This document shows positions 56,464 to 64,000 of a stretch of DNA of 64,000 nucleotides, one piece after another. Positions within the stretch are counted from its first letter, which is position 1. Each line of letters starts with the position of its first letter. A program made the translations under genes and the position numbers. Origin of the DNA: a virus; the IMG/VR virus record IMGVR_UViG_3300035034_003571, positions 1 through 64,000 of that record; one strand, written 5' to 3'. The notes below the pieces were generated by a model. The model saw only the letters and a list, made by a program, of their open reading frames with translations, was not told the DNA's origin and made no database searches.

Positions 56464-58653
56464 TTATGTATTATTAGTTAAACTCTGGCCTATTACATCA
56501 ACCTGGAATTTATATTCTTTTTCGTCTATACAAACTATTTCAATCACTGGCTTATATGCAAAATCTATAAAAATATCCTCATCTAAGCTAATTAAAAATT
56601 TAGAATATTGTGTTCCAACTGGATTAGATTCTGGATATTTCCCCGTCGAATCAGTATAAAAATTAATGAAGTATTGTCCTGGGTAAATATCATCTCCGAA
56701 AGAAAATCTAAACTTCTGTCCTCTTTTCCACTTCTGAAGAGTATCGTCAATTCTTATTAGAATATCAGATTCTAATTGTATTGGATTTCCCCCGTTTACA
56801 TGTTTAAAATAATTACCAAATTCATTTAGAGTAACTATATTTATATTCTCTGTACTAAGTGTACCATATCCTTTATTATTTCCGATATTAAATCCCTGAG
56901 TGGAATTACTAATAGTTACTTGGTTTTCTACACTTCTATCTACATTAGTACCTATTCCCTGTTTAATAGAATCTAGGTCATATGAGATTTTAGCGGAGGT
57001 TTCATTATTTATAATAGCCCTTATTAGATCATAATTTTGGTTAATTAGACCCATGATTGACTTTGTATTGGAAAATAAAGCTTGGTTTGCTGCTAAATTT
57101 CCCTCAATAGCTTCTATTCTTCTGTCGAAATTAACCGCAGTAGATGTGGATAATGTAATATCCTCTAAATTGGTTAATCTTTCTTCCATTTTAATTATTC
57201 CGGTAGCGGAGTCATTTAAAGTTTCACTAGCATCTTGAAGGACATTTAATGAATCCATGAACATGGTCAAAGAAAATGGTGAATAATCATTAATGGCTTG
57301 TTCTACTCCTGCCTGATCTATATCAGTTTCGAATTTAATATTTAATTTAAGACCCCAGCTATTACCATTCAGCTTTGTTACTAAATTCGGTTTATATTTT
57401 TTCAGTCTAGGTATGAAAGTATCTCCTTCTGTTACAACATCATCTAAAAATAAAACTCCATATAGGTTAGTAGCAAAGTCTCCGGGACTTGCGGGATCGT
57501 ATACATCATAATAAACCAATACTGCATTGAATTCAAAATCCTGTGCTATAGCTGTAGAGTTAAATTCCTCTATAGTGGTTATTCCGGGGTTTTCTAATAT
57601 CTCTTTATATGAATCTGGATCGAAGTCTATACCAATTGAGTCCAATTGAGTCCTAGCATATATTAATTCGTTACCGTTATTAGATTTAGTAATGATTAAA
57701 GATGCAGGTTCTGTAAATAGTTCGTCAGTATAGTAAGTATTAGGGGTATCTCTAGGAGTATACCAATTTCCTGATCCTGTCGCTCCATCTATTGTATCCT
57801 CAAAAGTTACTGAAGGTGCTCCCAAAACATCGCTATCAAAAATAGCCAAAGTAGTAAGGCCGCTAGGGTTTACTTCATCGTAAGATCTTCCGTTTATATA
57901 TTCCCTATCTAGAGGGTCCGTTGGTAAATTCTGCCAAGAAAAATCCGGAAAGTAATTAGAATCTAAAACATTTTTAAATAATATAGTAGGTGTTCCCCCG
58001 TCTTTAGTTGGTACATGTACATAAACTTCGGAATATGTGTTATTTTTATTTTTTACCGAATTTACTATATCCAGATTACCTACATATTTAACTACGTTAT
58101 TATAATTAGCCCCAGTCAATCCAAAAGATCCAGTACCCCCTGTTGGGTCACCTTCTACATATCTTTTTTCAGTCTGGGGTAAATCATTTACTACTAAAAC
58201 AGTTTCTTGATCTAGTGATTCTGAAACCTGGTCTTCAGATGCTGGTTGAAACCTTATTGCCCCCGTTTCCTTTAACCATTTAAAAAATATTCTTTCCGAT
58301 ATATTTTGTTTAATTTCTTGATCGTATTCATCACTACCGATAATTGTACTTTCTACATTTAAGCAATAGCTTTGGAAACTTTGGGAAAAGTCTATATTTC
58401 CGTCCCCAGTTATTATTTTTCCTGCGCTAGTAGAAAAATCTAAAAAAGCACCATCTGGTCCATTAAGTTTAACTTTATTATCTAAAGAGCTTGCGCTATC
58501 TATATCAGGGATATCTAATAAAGCAAACTTCGAAAATTTGAATTTATTTGTAGAATTATTGAAAGTAGTAGTTATATCTTCAGCTGAAGAAGAGAAACTG
58601 TAAAATGTTCCTCCTTGGACTTGTAGGGGTCTTATAAAAGGGGTCTTAGCCAT
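56464..58653 (-). CDS. Putative virion structural protein (729 aa)
   Basis: Acidic, beta-rich with a short coiled coil; structural block. Confidence 0.7.
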   Translation of the reverse strand: MAKTPFIRPLQVQGGTFYSFSSSAEDITTTFNNSTNKFKFSKFALLDIPDIDSASSLDNKVKLNGPDGAFLDFSTSAGKIITGDGNIDFSQSFQSYCLNVESTIIGSDEYDQEIKQNISERIFFKWLKETGAIRFQPASEDQVSESLDQETVLVVNDLPQTEKRYVEGDPTGGTGSFGLTGANYNNVVKYVGNLDIVNSVKNKNNTYSEVYVHVPTKDGGTPTILFKNVLDSNYFPDFSWQNLPTDPLDREYINGRSYDEVNPSGLTTLAIFDSDVLGAPSVTFEDTIDGATGSGNWYTPRDTPNTYYTDELFTEPASLIITKSNNGNELIYARTQLDSIGIDFDPDSYKEILENPGITTIEEFNSTAIAQDFEFNAVLVYYDVYDPASPGDFATNLYGVLFLDDVVTEGDTFIPRLKKYKPNLVTKLNGNSWGLKLNIKFETDIDQAGVEQAINDYSPFSLTMFMDSLNVLQDASETLNDSATGIIKMEERLTNLEDITLSTSTAVNFDRRIEAIEGNLAANQALFSNTKSIMGLINQNYDLIRAIINNETSAKISYDLDSIKQGIGTNVDRSVENQVTISNSTQGFNIGNNKGYGTLSTENINIVTLNEFGNYFKHVNGGNPIQLESDILIRIDDTLQKWKRGQKFRFSFGDDIYPGQYFINFYTDSTGKYPESNPVGTQYSKFLISLDEDIFIDFAYKPVIEIVCIDEKEYKFQVDVIGQSLTNNT

Positions 58654-58680
58654 TCTGTTTATTCTTTTTAGTTTAAATTA

Positions 58681-59577
58681 TTATACAATATTGTATGCAG
58701 ATAAAATGACCCACGAACCTTTTTGTGTAACGGAAGCCTGGTCTATCCTAGGTTCCCATAATAATTTCATTGATGATCTGTAAGCAAACCCAGAAGCAAT
58801 TGTTAATCCTGCTGCGTCCCATCCACCTTGTGAACCGTTAGTATTAAATCCAGTATATACTCCTCCAGTAAGTCCGGTAACTATCGTTCCTCCAGCATCA
58901 TTAGTATTTATTAAGGTTAACTCAAATCCTGCAGGTAATGCTGATACAGTAGAACCATCTCCAACGCTTATCATAAATCCCCCAGTACTACCACAATCTG
59001 CGTATATTACGTTTTCCTGCCCCGTTATTTCATAAGGAGTAACTGGGGTTGTTACATATCCTCCTCCATGAGGAAAAGATGCATTATCACTATCAGGAAA
59101 ATCTGATCCTGCGGTTAGCCCAGAATTTATAACTAGGCTATTATTTACTATACTTCCAGCGGGACCTAATGTCATTTGACCATTTATAATTGCTTCTCCT
59201 CCGAAAGATGTTGTAGATCCAGTAGAAAAGGAAATAGAATTTGACATAGAAACTGGACCATTGAGGTTAACCTGTCCGGAAGTAGTAAGTACTTGAGTAC
59301 TTAAGGCAACAAATGCGCCCGCTCCCGAAGAATTAATAGTAGCTGTAGCTGTTCCAGATGCTGGAAATGTTAGATTATTAAATAATCCTGATTTAGCTGA
59401 TACCTTTCCCGTTGTGGTTTCGGTTAAATCTAAAATTCCGTTATTAGTATCTATACCAAAAACATCAGCATATCCATTGATCCAATTTCCAAGGATGTTA
59501 AAATTCGAGTTAACTCTATTTCTAGATCCCGATATTCCATCTGATCCTTTTACTTCAGTTATATTGACTGTTGCCAT
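58681..59577 (-). CDS. Gly/Thr/Ser-rich fibre or baseplate-like protein
   Basis: N-terminal ITEVKGSD..SGSRNRVNSNF related to the 'IN.NF' anchor of the three fibre paralogues; GATATATA at 59613-59620. Confidence 0.65.
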   Translation of the reverse strand: MATVNITEVKGSDGISGSRNRVNSNFNILGNWINGYADVFGIDTNNGILDLTETTTGKVSAKSGLFNNLTFPASGTATATINSSGAGAFVALSTQVLTTSGQVNLNGPVSMSNSISFSTGSTTSFGGEAIINGQMTLGPAGSIVNNSLVINSGLTAGSDFPDSDNASFPHGGGYVTTPVTPYEITGQENVIYADCGSTGGFMISVGDGSTVSALPAGFELTLINTNDAGGTIVTGLTGGVYTGFNTNGSQGGWDAAGLTIASGFAYRSSMKLLWEPRIDQASVTQKGSWVILSAYNIV

Positions 59578-59671
59578 TTCTTTTAATGTTTTTTTATTAT
59601 TCTAATTTCAAATATATATCCTACCACGACAAACAAGAAAAATTCTATAAAAATAGTGGGTTATAAAAAAT

Positions 59672-60445
59672 ATGGCAAGGAAAAAGCGTTTATCCGATGA
59701 AGAATTATACTTCGAACTAGGAAGTATGGACGAGCAAAAAAAAGAAACTCAAGAAAAGGTTTCCAATAAAGAGGCCCGTTACATTGACTCTAGTCTAAAA
59801 AAAATAAAACTAAATGAATCACAAGAAAAATTATTTCAAATTTATAAAGAGAATAAAATAATCTTTGTATTTGGTCCAGCAGGAACAGCAAAAACATTCA
59901 CAGCTTGCTACTGTGGATTAGATTCATTAACAAACGATCCAGCAATATCAAAAATACTTCTAATAAAACCTACAATAGAAGCTAGTAAGTCTTTAGGATA
60001 TTTACCCGGTGACGAAAAGGAAAAAACAGACCCTTTTATGTATTCATATTACGATAACTTGGCAAAAATCGTAGGACCAACCAAGTTGGGAATTATGCTT
60101 AATCAAAATAATACAATAAAAGTAGAAAACCTCCAGTACATGAGAGGAAGAACTTTTGATAATGCTGTAATATTATTAGACGAAGCTCAAAATTGCAACT
60201 ATAAGGAAATCATGCTAGCTATTACTAGGTTAGGAAAGAATTCAAAAATGGTAATATTTGGTGACACCTCTCAGTATGACATCAGGGAAAAAGACGTAGC
60301 TTTAAAGAAGTTCTTTAAACTGTTCCAAAACTTAAAAGATGTGGGAGTCTTTGAATTTGAGAAAAAAGACATCGTTAGATCCCCTATATTAATAGAAATT
60401 ACTGAAGTCTACGAAAAGTGGAGGATTGAAAACAATCTAGATTAA
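59672..60445 (+). CDS. phoH: PhoH-family ATPase
   Basis: GPAGTAKT, LGYLPGD..EK, YMRGRTF, LDEAQN, TRLG, GDTSQYD, DIVRS. Confidence 0.95.
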   Translation: MARKKRLSDEELYFELGSMDEQKKETQEKVSNKEARYIDSSLKKIKLNESQEKLFQIYKENKIIFVFGPAGTAKTFTACYCGLDSLTNDPAISKILLIKPTIEASKSLGYLPGDEKEKTDPFMYSYYDNLAKIVGPTKLGIMLNQNNTIKVENLQYMRGRTFDNAVILLDEAQNCNYKEIMLAITRLGKNSKMVIFGDTSQYDIREKDVALKKFFKLFQNLKDVGVFEFEKKDIVRSPILIEITEVYEKWRIENNLD

Positions 60446-63400
60446 TCCTTATCATTAAAAGTAGCATCCGGATTATCTTTTAGAAATACGCCAGATCCAA
60501 AGGGGACTCTGGCTTTTTCTTCTATTTCATCTTTTTGAGCTTCCAAATCTTTCGACATTCTATAAAAAGAATCATCTTTAGTACTAGATCTTTTTGGGTA
60601 TCCATAATCTTCTGAATTAATTATCCCAGGATCACTATCCTCTACTTTTCTTTCTAAATGATTTATAACTTCTATAAATGCAGTTTTTGATATCTCATAT
60701 ACATTACCTTTAGAATCTTCTATAGAATTATAGATTGTATATAGTCCCGCTTCATTAAATGTGAATATAAAATATGGAGAATTTTTAATGTCTAATAATT
60801 CCTCTCCAGTCTTCTGATTACTCAAAACCCACCTATTCGAACTTTTACCAAATATATTAGAATCGTAATTACTAAAGAATATAGTAGACATTAAAGGAAC
60901 CGACATATTTTTTCCGTCCCTGTGTAAGTCCGCCCATTTCCATGGGTTCGTTCCATAGTTTGATATAATTGAACCCATAGATTTCCCCGTTTTTACTTCA
61001 GGAGCTAAGGAAAGTCCTATAAATATTTCATCTCCGTCTCCTATATTTTTCCCAGTATAAAATAAATCTCCTTCATCTGAATCTGTATAAGAAAATCCAT
61101 CTATTGTAAATCCACTAGGTCCCAGAGAGGATAAATTATAATAATCCGAATTGCCTCCATCTAGTCCAGTTTTTAGCATAGTCCCTCCGCTGGCACCAAA
61201 ATAAACAGAATGAGTGTAAGAAGAAGATACGGACGAGCTTTCTATTCCGAAAGAAATCCCGGAATCTACTTCCACGTCATAAGAGCCTATAAATTTTATA
61301 TCCCCTGCTGGTTCTATAGTTATTATTCCTGTTCCATATTCAGTTTCTATAATATTAGATTCTTGTCCGAATATTGTTGAAGTAGGCCCAGTTATCGCTT
61401 GAAATATATAATGTCTATCTAATCCAGAAGAACTCGATATGGAGTTTTCATCAATTATAGTTTCACTTATTCCACTATCTATATAATTTTCGTTGGAATC
61501 TATCAGAATGTAAAACCCATAATTTCCGGAAGTAATTCCAGCCCCTATTTCAAAGTCTCCGAAAGAAAATGAAGTAGAATTTGCAATTCCTGTTATTAAG
61601 GAGGTTCCGTTACTTTTCTCTGTACTTATCCCATTTATTTTAACATTATTTCCTGGACCTATACCAGAATTAATATCCATCGTAGACTTTAAATTTAACT
61701 CTTTATCTAATTTTAAATAAATGCTAGTTTCACCCAAAGTACCCTTATTTCCTCCTATTACCCCAGGTAATCCAATAATATCAAAGTATCCATTATTTTC
61801 TCCAGAATATGTATATAATACAGATCCAGTTCCGCCGAGGTTAGCTGAAATCTTTATATCATTTTTTGTTATTTCTAATTTGGGGGTAGTTATAAAATTA
61901 GGATCGTCAATATTAGTTGGGAAATGTCTGAATTTTTTTAGAAAGTAATTACTTTTTAATGAATTAGGATCTGATAAATCTATTCCTCCTAATGAGGTTT
62001 CAGTTCCTATATTACAATCAATTTCCATTATGAATATCCCTGAATCTCCTCCACTTGGATCATACCAAGAAGGGATAAAAGGAGAAGACGTTCCTCCAGT
62101 ATATTCAGATAGGATCCAGGGATAATCACCGGTTGCTCCCTGTATATTTGATGAATTGATATTAGAGATTCCTATTGCAGAACCAATAGGCCCTCCGCCG
62201 GATGCACCTCCAGGGTAATTACCATATACAAATTCACCAGCTTCGATATTATTTTTATATCCCCCAAGTATATAAACAGATTCGTTATTTTCTGAATTTT
62301 TTATGTCATAGATGTATGTAGAATCTCCTCTAACCTTATTATAGCCCTTCAATTGACCTAATTTATTATAATAAACAATCAATCCCATTTCAGATGGTAT
62401 TGGTGAACCTGAAGTAGAGTTTGTATTATTAACAATTTCCTCGGTTCCGTCAGCTTTTATACCCAAATTTATTGAAGACGCAGCCGGTAAACTAATACCA
62501 ACAATATAAATATCTCCTATGACGTTCACACTAATATTGCTGGCAGAAGAAATGTCTGTCGATCCAGTTAATCCAGTTAATCCAGTTATCCAGGTATTTG
62601 AAGGAATTTTTCTCGATTCTTTTAATTCAAAATAATCTGGGATTTCGCTTTTGTTCCAATATTCTTGCTTTCCTGCACTACCGTCAGCAACATCAGAAAT
62701 AGGAACACTAAGGAATAAATTACGCCTATCTAATCCTGGATTATCCCCAGCAAGGTAAAGATCCTGATATGTCCTCCAAGAAGGATATTCCCAAGAATAT
62801 TTATCAACCTTTGGGGTTTTTAATCCATCTGATGGAGTATGGTATATAAAATTCCATCCAGTAGCACCAATATTTTTAGCTGATGCATATACATGAGGCG
62901 TTATAAAATTAAATAAAGAAATGTCATTTAAACATGTTATTAGAATTTCGTCTGGGTAATATGTAGTTTCTTTATTTTTTGATTTTTTCCAAAAAGATAT
63001 AATTTCGGTAACTTGATCACTAGGGATTTCAGAGTTACTTTCAGTATAATTTACAATGATATCTCCATTAAAGTAAAAAAGCCCATTACCATTTTCGTTA
63101 TATCCATCACCTACCGTGAAAAATACTTGTCCGTTAGAAGATGCTTTTACTATAAATATTTCAGATGGAGAAGGAATATCGGAATTCGAAGAGTTCCAAA
63201 CTTTATATTCACCCTCAGAGGAAAGGAAAACTAATCCCTCCTTAGTACCAATCCATAAATTCCCATCCTCATCAAAATCTAAACTATATACTACCGAAGA
63301 AGGTAATCCGGAATTTCCGGAATTTAATATTTTAACAGAGCCTAGAGTATTACCAACATCTAAAAGGTCTAATTCCACTCTGGAACTCCCCCCATTAAAT

Positions 63401-63981
63401 ATTAATATACCTATTTCTGTAGCTACCCAATATTCATAAGAATTTCCTTCAATACCTTTAGCTTTTATATCATATGTGTGATTCCATGTATAACCTTCTA
63501 ATATTTCAGACCATTTATTTAAGGATTCTTCATACCTATATAAATACCCTCCTGTTGCTCCAGAGGATCCTGTTGCTCCTGTAACTCCTACACCTCCGTT
63601 AAGCTCCGTTATAAAAGCTAAAGTTTCTCCTCCAAAAGGGCTTGAATAAATTTTACTAACCTCGTAAGAATCTCCGGTAATACCTAAATCTTCTAAACCC
63701 CAAGTTTCTGAATCTTGAGAATATTCGCCGGTAAGTTTAAAAACGATTACATCAGAAACATAAGGAGCAGTAGCACAACCAACCCATTTATTTCCTATCG
63801 GGTCTATTGAGATTGATCTAGTGTCTAAATAATATGGAGAATTACTAGGAACTGCGGAATTTGTAAAATTATATTTATTAAAAACCGATCCGTCGTATTT
63901 TACTACATCTGCTCCAGTAATCCAGATATCATTGGATCTATCTATACTAATATCTGTTATTATATTTCCTAAATTTGCCAT
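60442..63981 (-). CDS. Large beta-propeller (two-component-regulator-propeller-like) and PKD-like virion protein
   Basis: Repeats NSGLPSSVVYSLDFDEDGNLWIGT and NSEIPSDQV; C-terminal FTFNEAGLYTI..SIEDSKGN. Confidence 0.7.
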   Translation of the reverse strand: MANLGNIITDISIDRSNDIWITGADVVKYDGSVFNKYNFTNSAVPSNSPYYLDTRSISIDPIGNKWVGCATAPYVSDVIVFKLTGEYSQDSETWGLEDLGITGDSYEVSKIYSSPFGGETLAFITELNGGVGVTGATGSSGATGGYLYRYEESLNKWSEILEGYTWNHTYDIKAKGIEGNSYEYWVATEIGILIFNGGSSRVELDLLDVGNTLGSVKILNSGNSGLPSSVVYSLDFDEDGNLWIGTKEGLVFLSSEGEYKVWNSSNSDIPSPSEIFIVKASSNGQVFFTVGDGYNENGNGLFYFNGDIIVNYTESNSEIPSDQVTEIISFWKKSKNKETTYYPDEILITCLNDISLFNFITPHVYASAKNIGATGWNFIYHTPSDGLKTPKVDKYSWEYPSWRTYQDLYLAGDNPGLDRRNLFLSVPISDVADGSAGKQEYWNKSEIPDYFELKESRKIPSNTWITGLTGLTGSTDISSASNISVNVIGDIYIVGISLPAASSINLGIKADGTEEIVNNTNSTSGSPIPSEMGLIVYYNKLGQLKGYNKVRGDSTYIYDIKNSENNESVYILGGYKNNIEAGEFVYGNYPGGASGGGPIGSAIGISNINSSNIQGATGDYPWILSEYTGGTSSPFIPSWYDPSGGDSGIFIMEIDCNIGTETSLGGIDLSDPNSLKSNYFLKKFRHFPTNIDDPNFITTPKLEITKNDIKISANLGGTGSVLYTYSGENNGYFDIIGLPGVIGGNKGTLGETSIYLKLDKELNLKSTMDINSGIGPGNNVKINGISTEKSNGTSLITGIANSTSFSFGDFEIGAGITSGNYGFYILIDSNENYIDSGISETIIDENSISSSSGLDRHYIFQAITGPTSTIFGQESNIIETEYGTGIITIEPAGDIKFIGSYDVEVDSGISFGIESSSVSSSYTHSVYFGASGGTMLKTGLDGGNSDYYNLSSLGPSGFTIDGFSYTDSDEGDLFYTGKNIGDGDEIFIGLSLAPEVKTGKSMGSIISNYGTNPWKWADLHRDGKNMSVPLMSTIFFSNYDSNIFGKSSNRWVLSNQKTGEELLDIKNSPYFIFTFNEAGLYTIYNSIEDSKGNVYEISKTAFIEVINHLERKVEDSDPGIINSEDYGYPKRSSTKDDSFYRMSKDLEAQKDEIEEKARVPFGSGVFLKDNPDATFNDKD

Positions 63982-64000
63982 TATAAGCTTCCTCCTATTT

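Larger units (their letters stand above)
516..59620. promoter_or_regulatory. Dispersed GATATATA motif (putative late promoter), 14 exact copies plus variants just upstream of starts
   Basis: Exact: 516, 2046, 3476(+), 8096, 10051, 16030, 21958, 23468(+), 25320, 27780, 31236, 33024, 34317, 38180; also 59613. Variants: 11702, 18921, 42458, 45803. Always on the coding strand of the downstream gene. Confidence 0.8.

Noticed and set aside
1703-63439. Numerous short plus-strand ORFs in the track (e.g. 7509-7904, 10591-10986, 15545-16000, 25858-26274, 39312-39692)
   Set aside because: They are antisense shadows of well-supported minus-strand genes, with Phe/Leu/Ser-rich composition and no motifs or promoter elements.
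1-64000. Stop-codon reassignment (as in some jumbo and crAss-like phages)
   Set aside because: Genes are full length and tightly packed in the standard code, and TAG, TGA and TAA all occur at evident gene ends.
1-64000. tRNA, rRNA, DGR/retron or other structured ncRNA genes
   Set aside because: Intergenic gaps are nearly all under 100 nt and explained by promoters or terminators; no cloverleaf or reverse transcriptase was recognised by eye. tRNAscan/Infernal were not run.
1-64000. Bacterial chromosome or eukaryotic giant virus origin (because of dnaJ, adk, rimK, phoH)
   Set aside because: The T4-like gp32/gp45/gp61/UvsW/UvsY set, an amidase endolysin and a tail-like structural block indicate a large bacteriophage.

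Overview
AT-rich, gene-dense, almost entirely minus-strand segment of a large (jumbo-type) T4-like tailed phage read in the standard code. The host is probably Bacteroidota (Hc1-like protein, DUF4494-like protein, a TAnnTTTG promoter element, A-rich translation starts); this is inference. Bases ~1-38,000 hold replication and nucleotide-metabolism genes: a PolB split into two genes 18.6 kb apart, sliding clamp, two topoisomerase II subunits, class II RNR, UvsW, UvsY, primase, SSB, a RuvC-like resolvase, dUTPase/dCTPase and adenylate kinase. Accessory genes are interspersed. Bases ~38,000-64,000 are a virion structural/tail block plus phoH. Main observations: (1) three essential genes (topo II gp52-like, nrdJ, uvsW) are each fractured into two ORFs carrying split-intein halves, with a different free-standing endonuclease between the halves; (2) each of these endonucleases and the endolysin has a hairpin over its start codon with a recurring GATATATA promoter-like motif inside it, resembling a T4 gene e/I-TevI-type late-only translation switch; (3) two recurring promoter-like motifs divide the genes into classes; (4) many GATATATA-class proteins, including a RimK ligase-protease fusion, adenylate kinase and an L,D-transpeptidase-like protein, carry a T4 capsid-targeting-like peptide (..F..FL.E), suggesting an enzyme cargo packaged in the head and injected. 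All family assignments come from motif recognition by eye; no database search was run.
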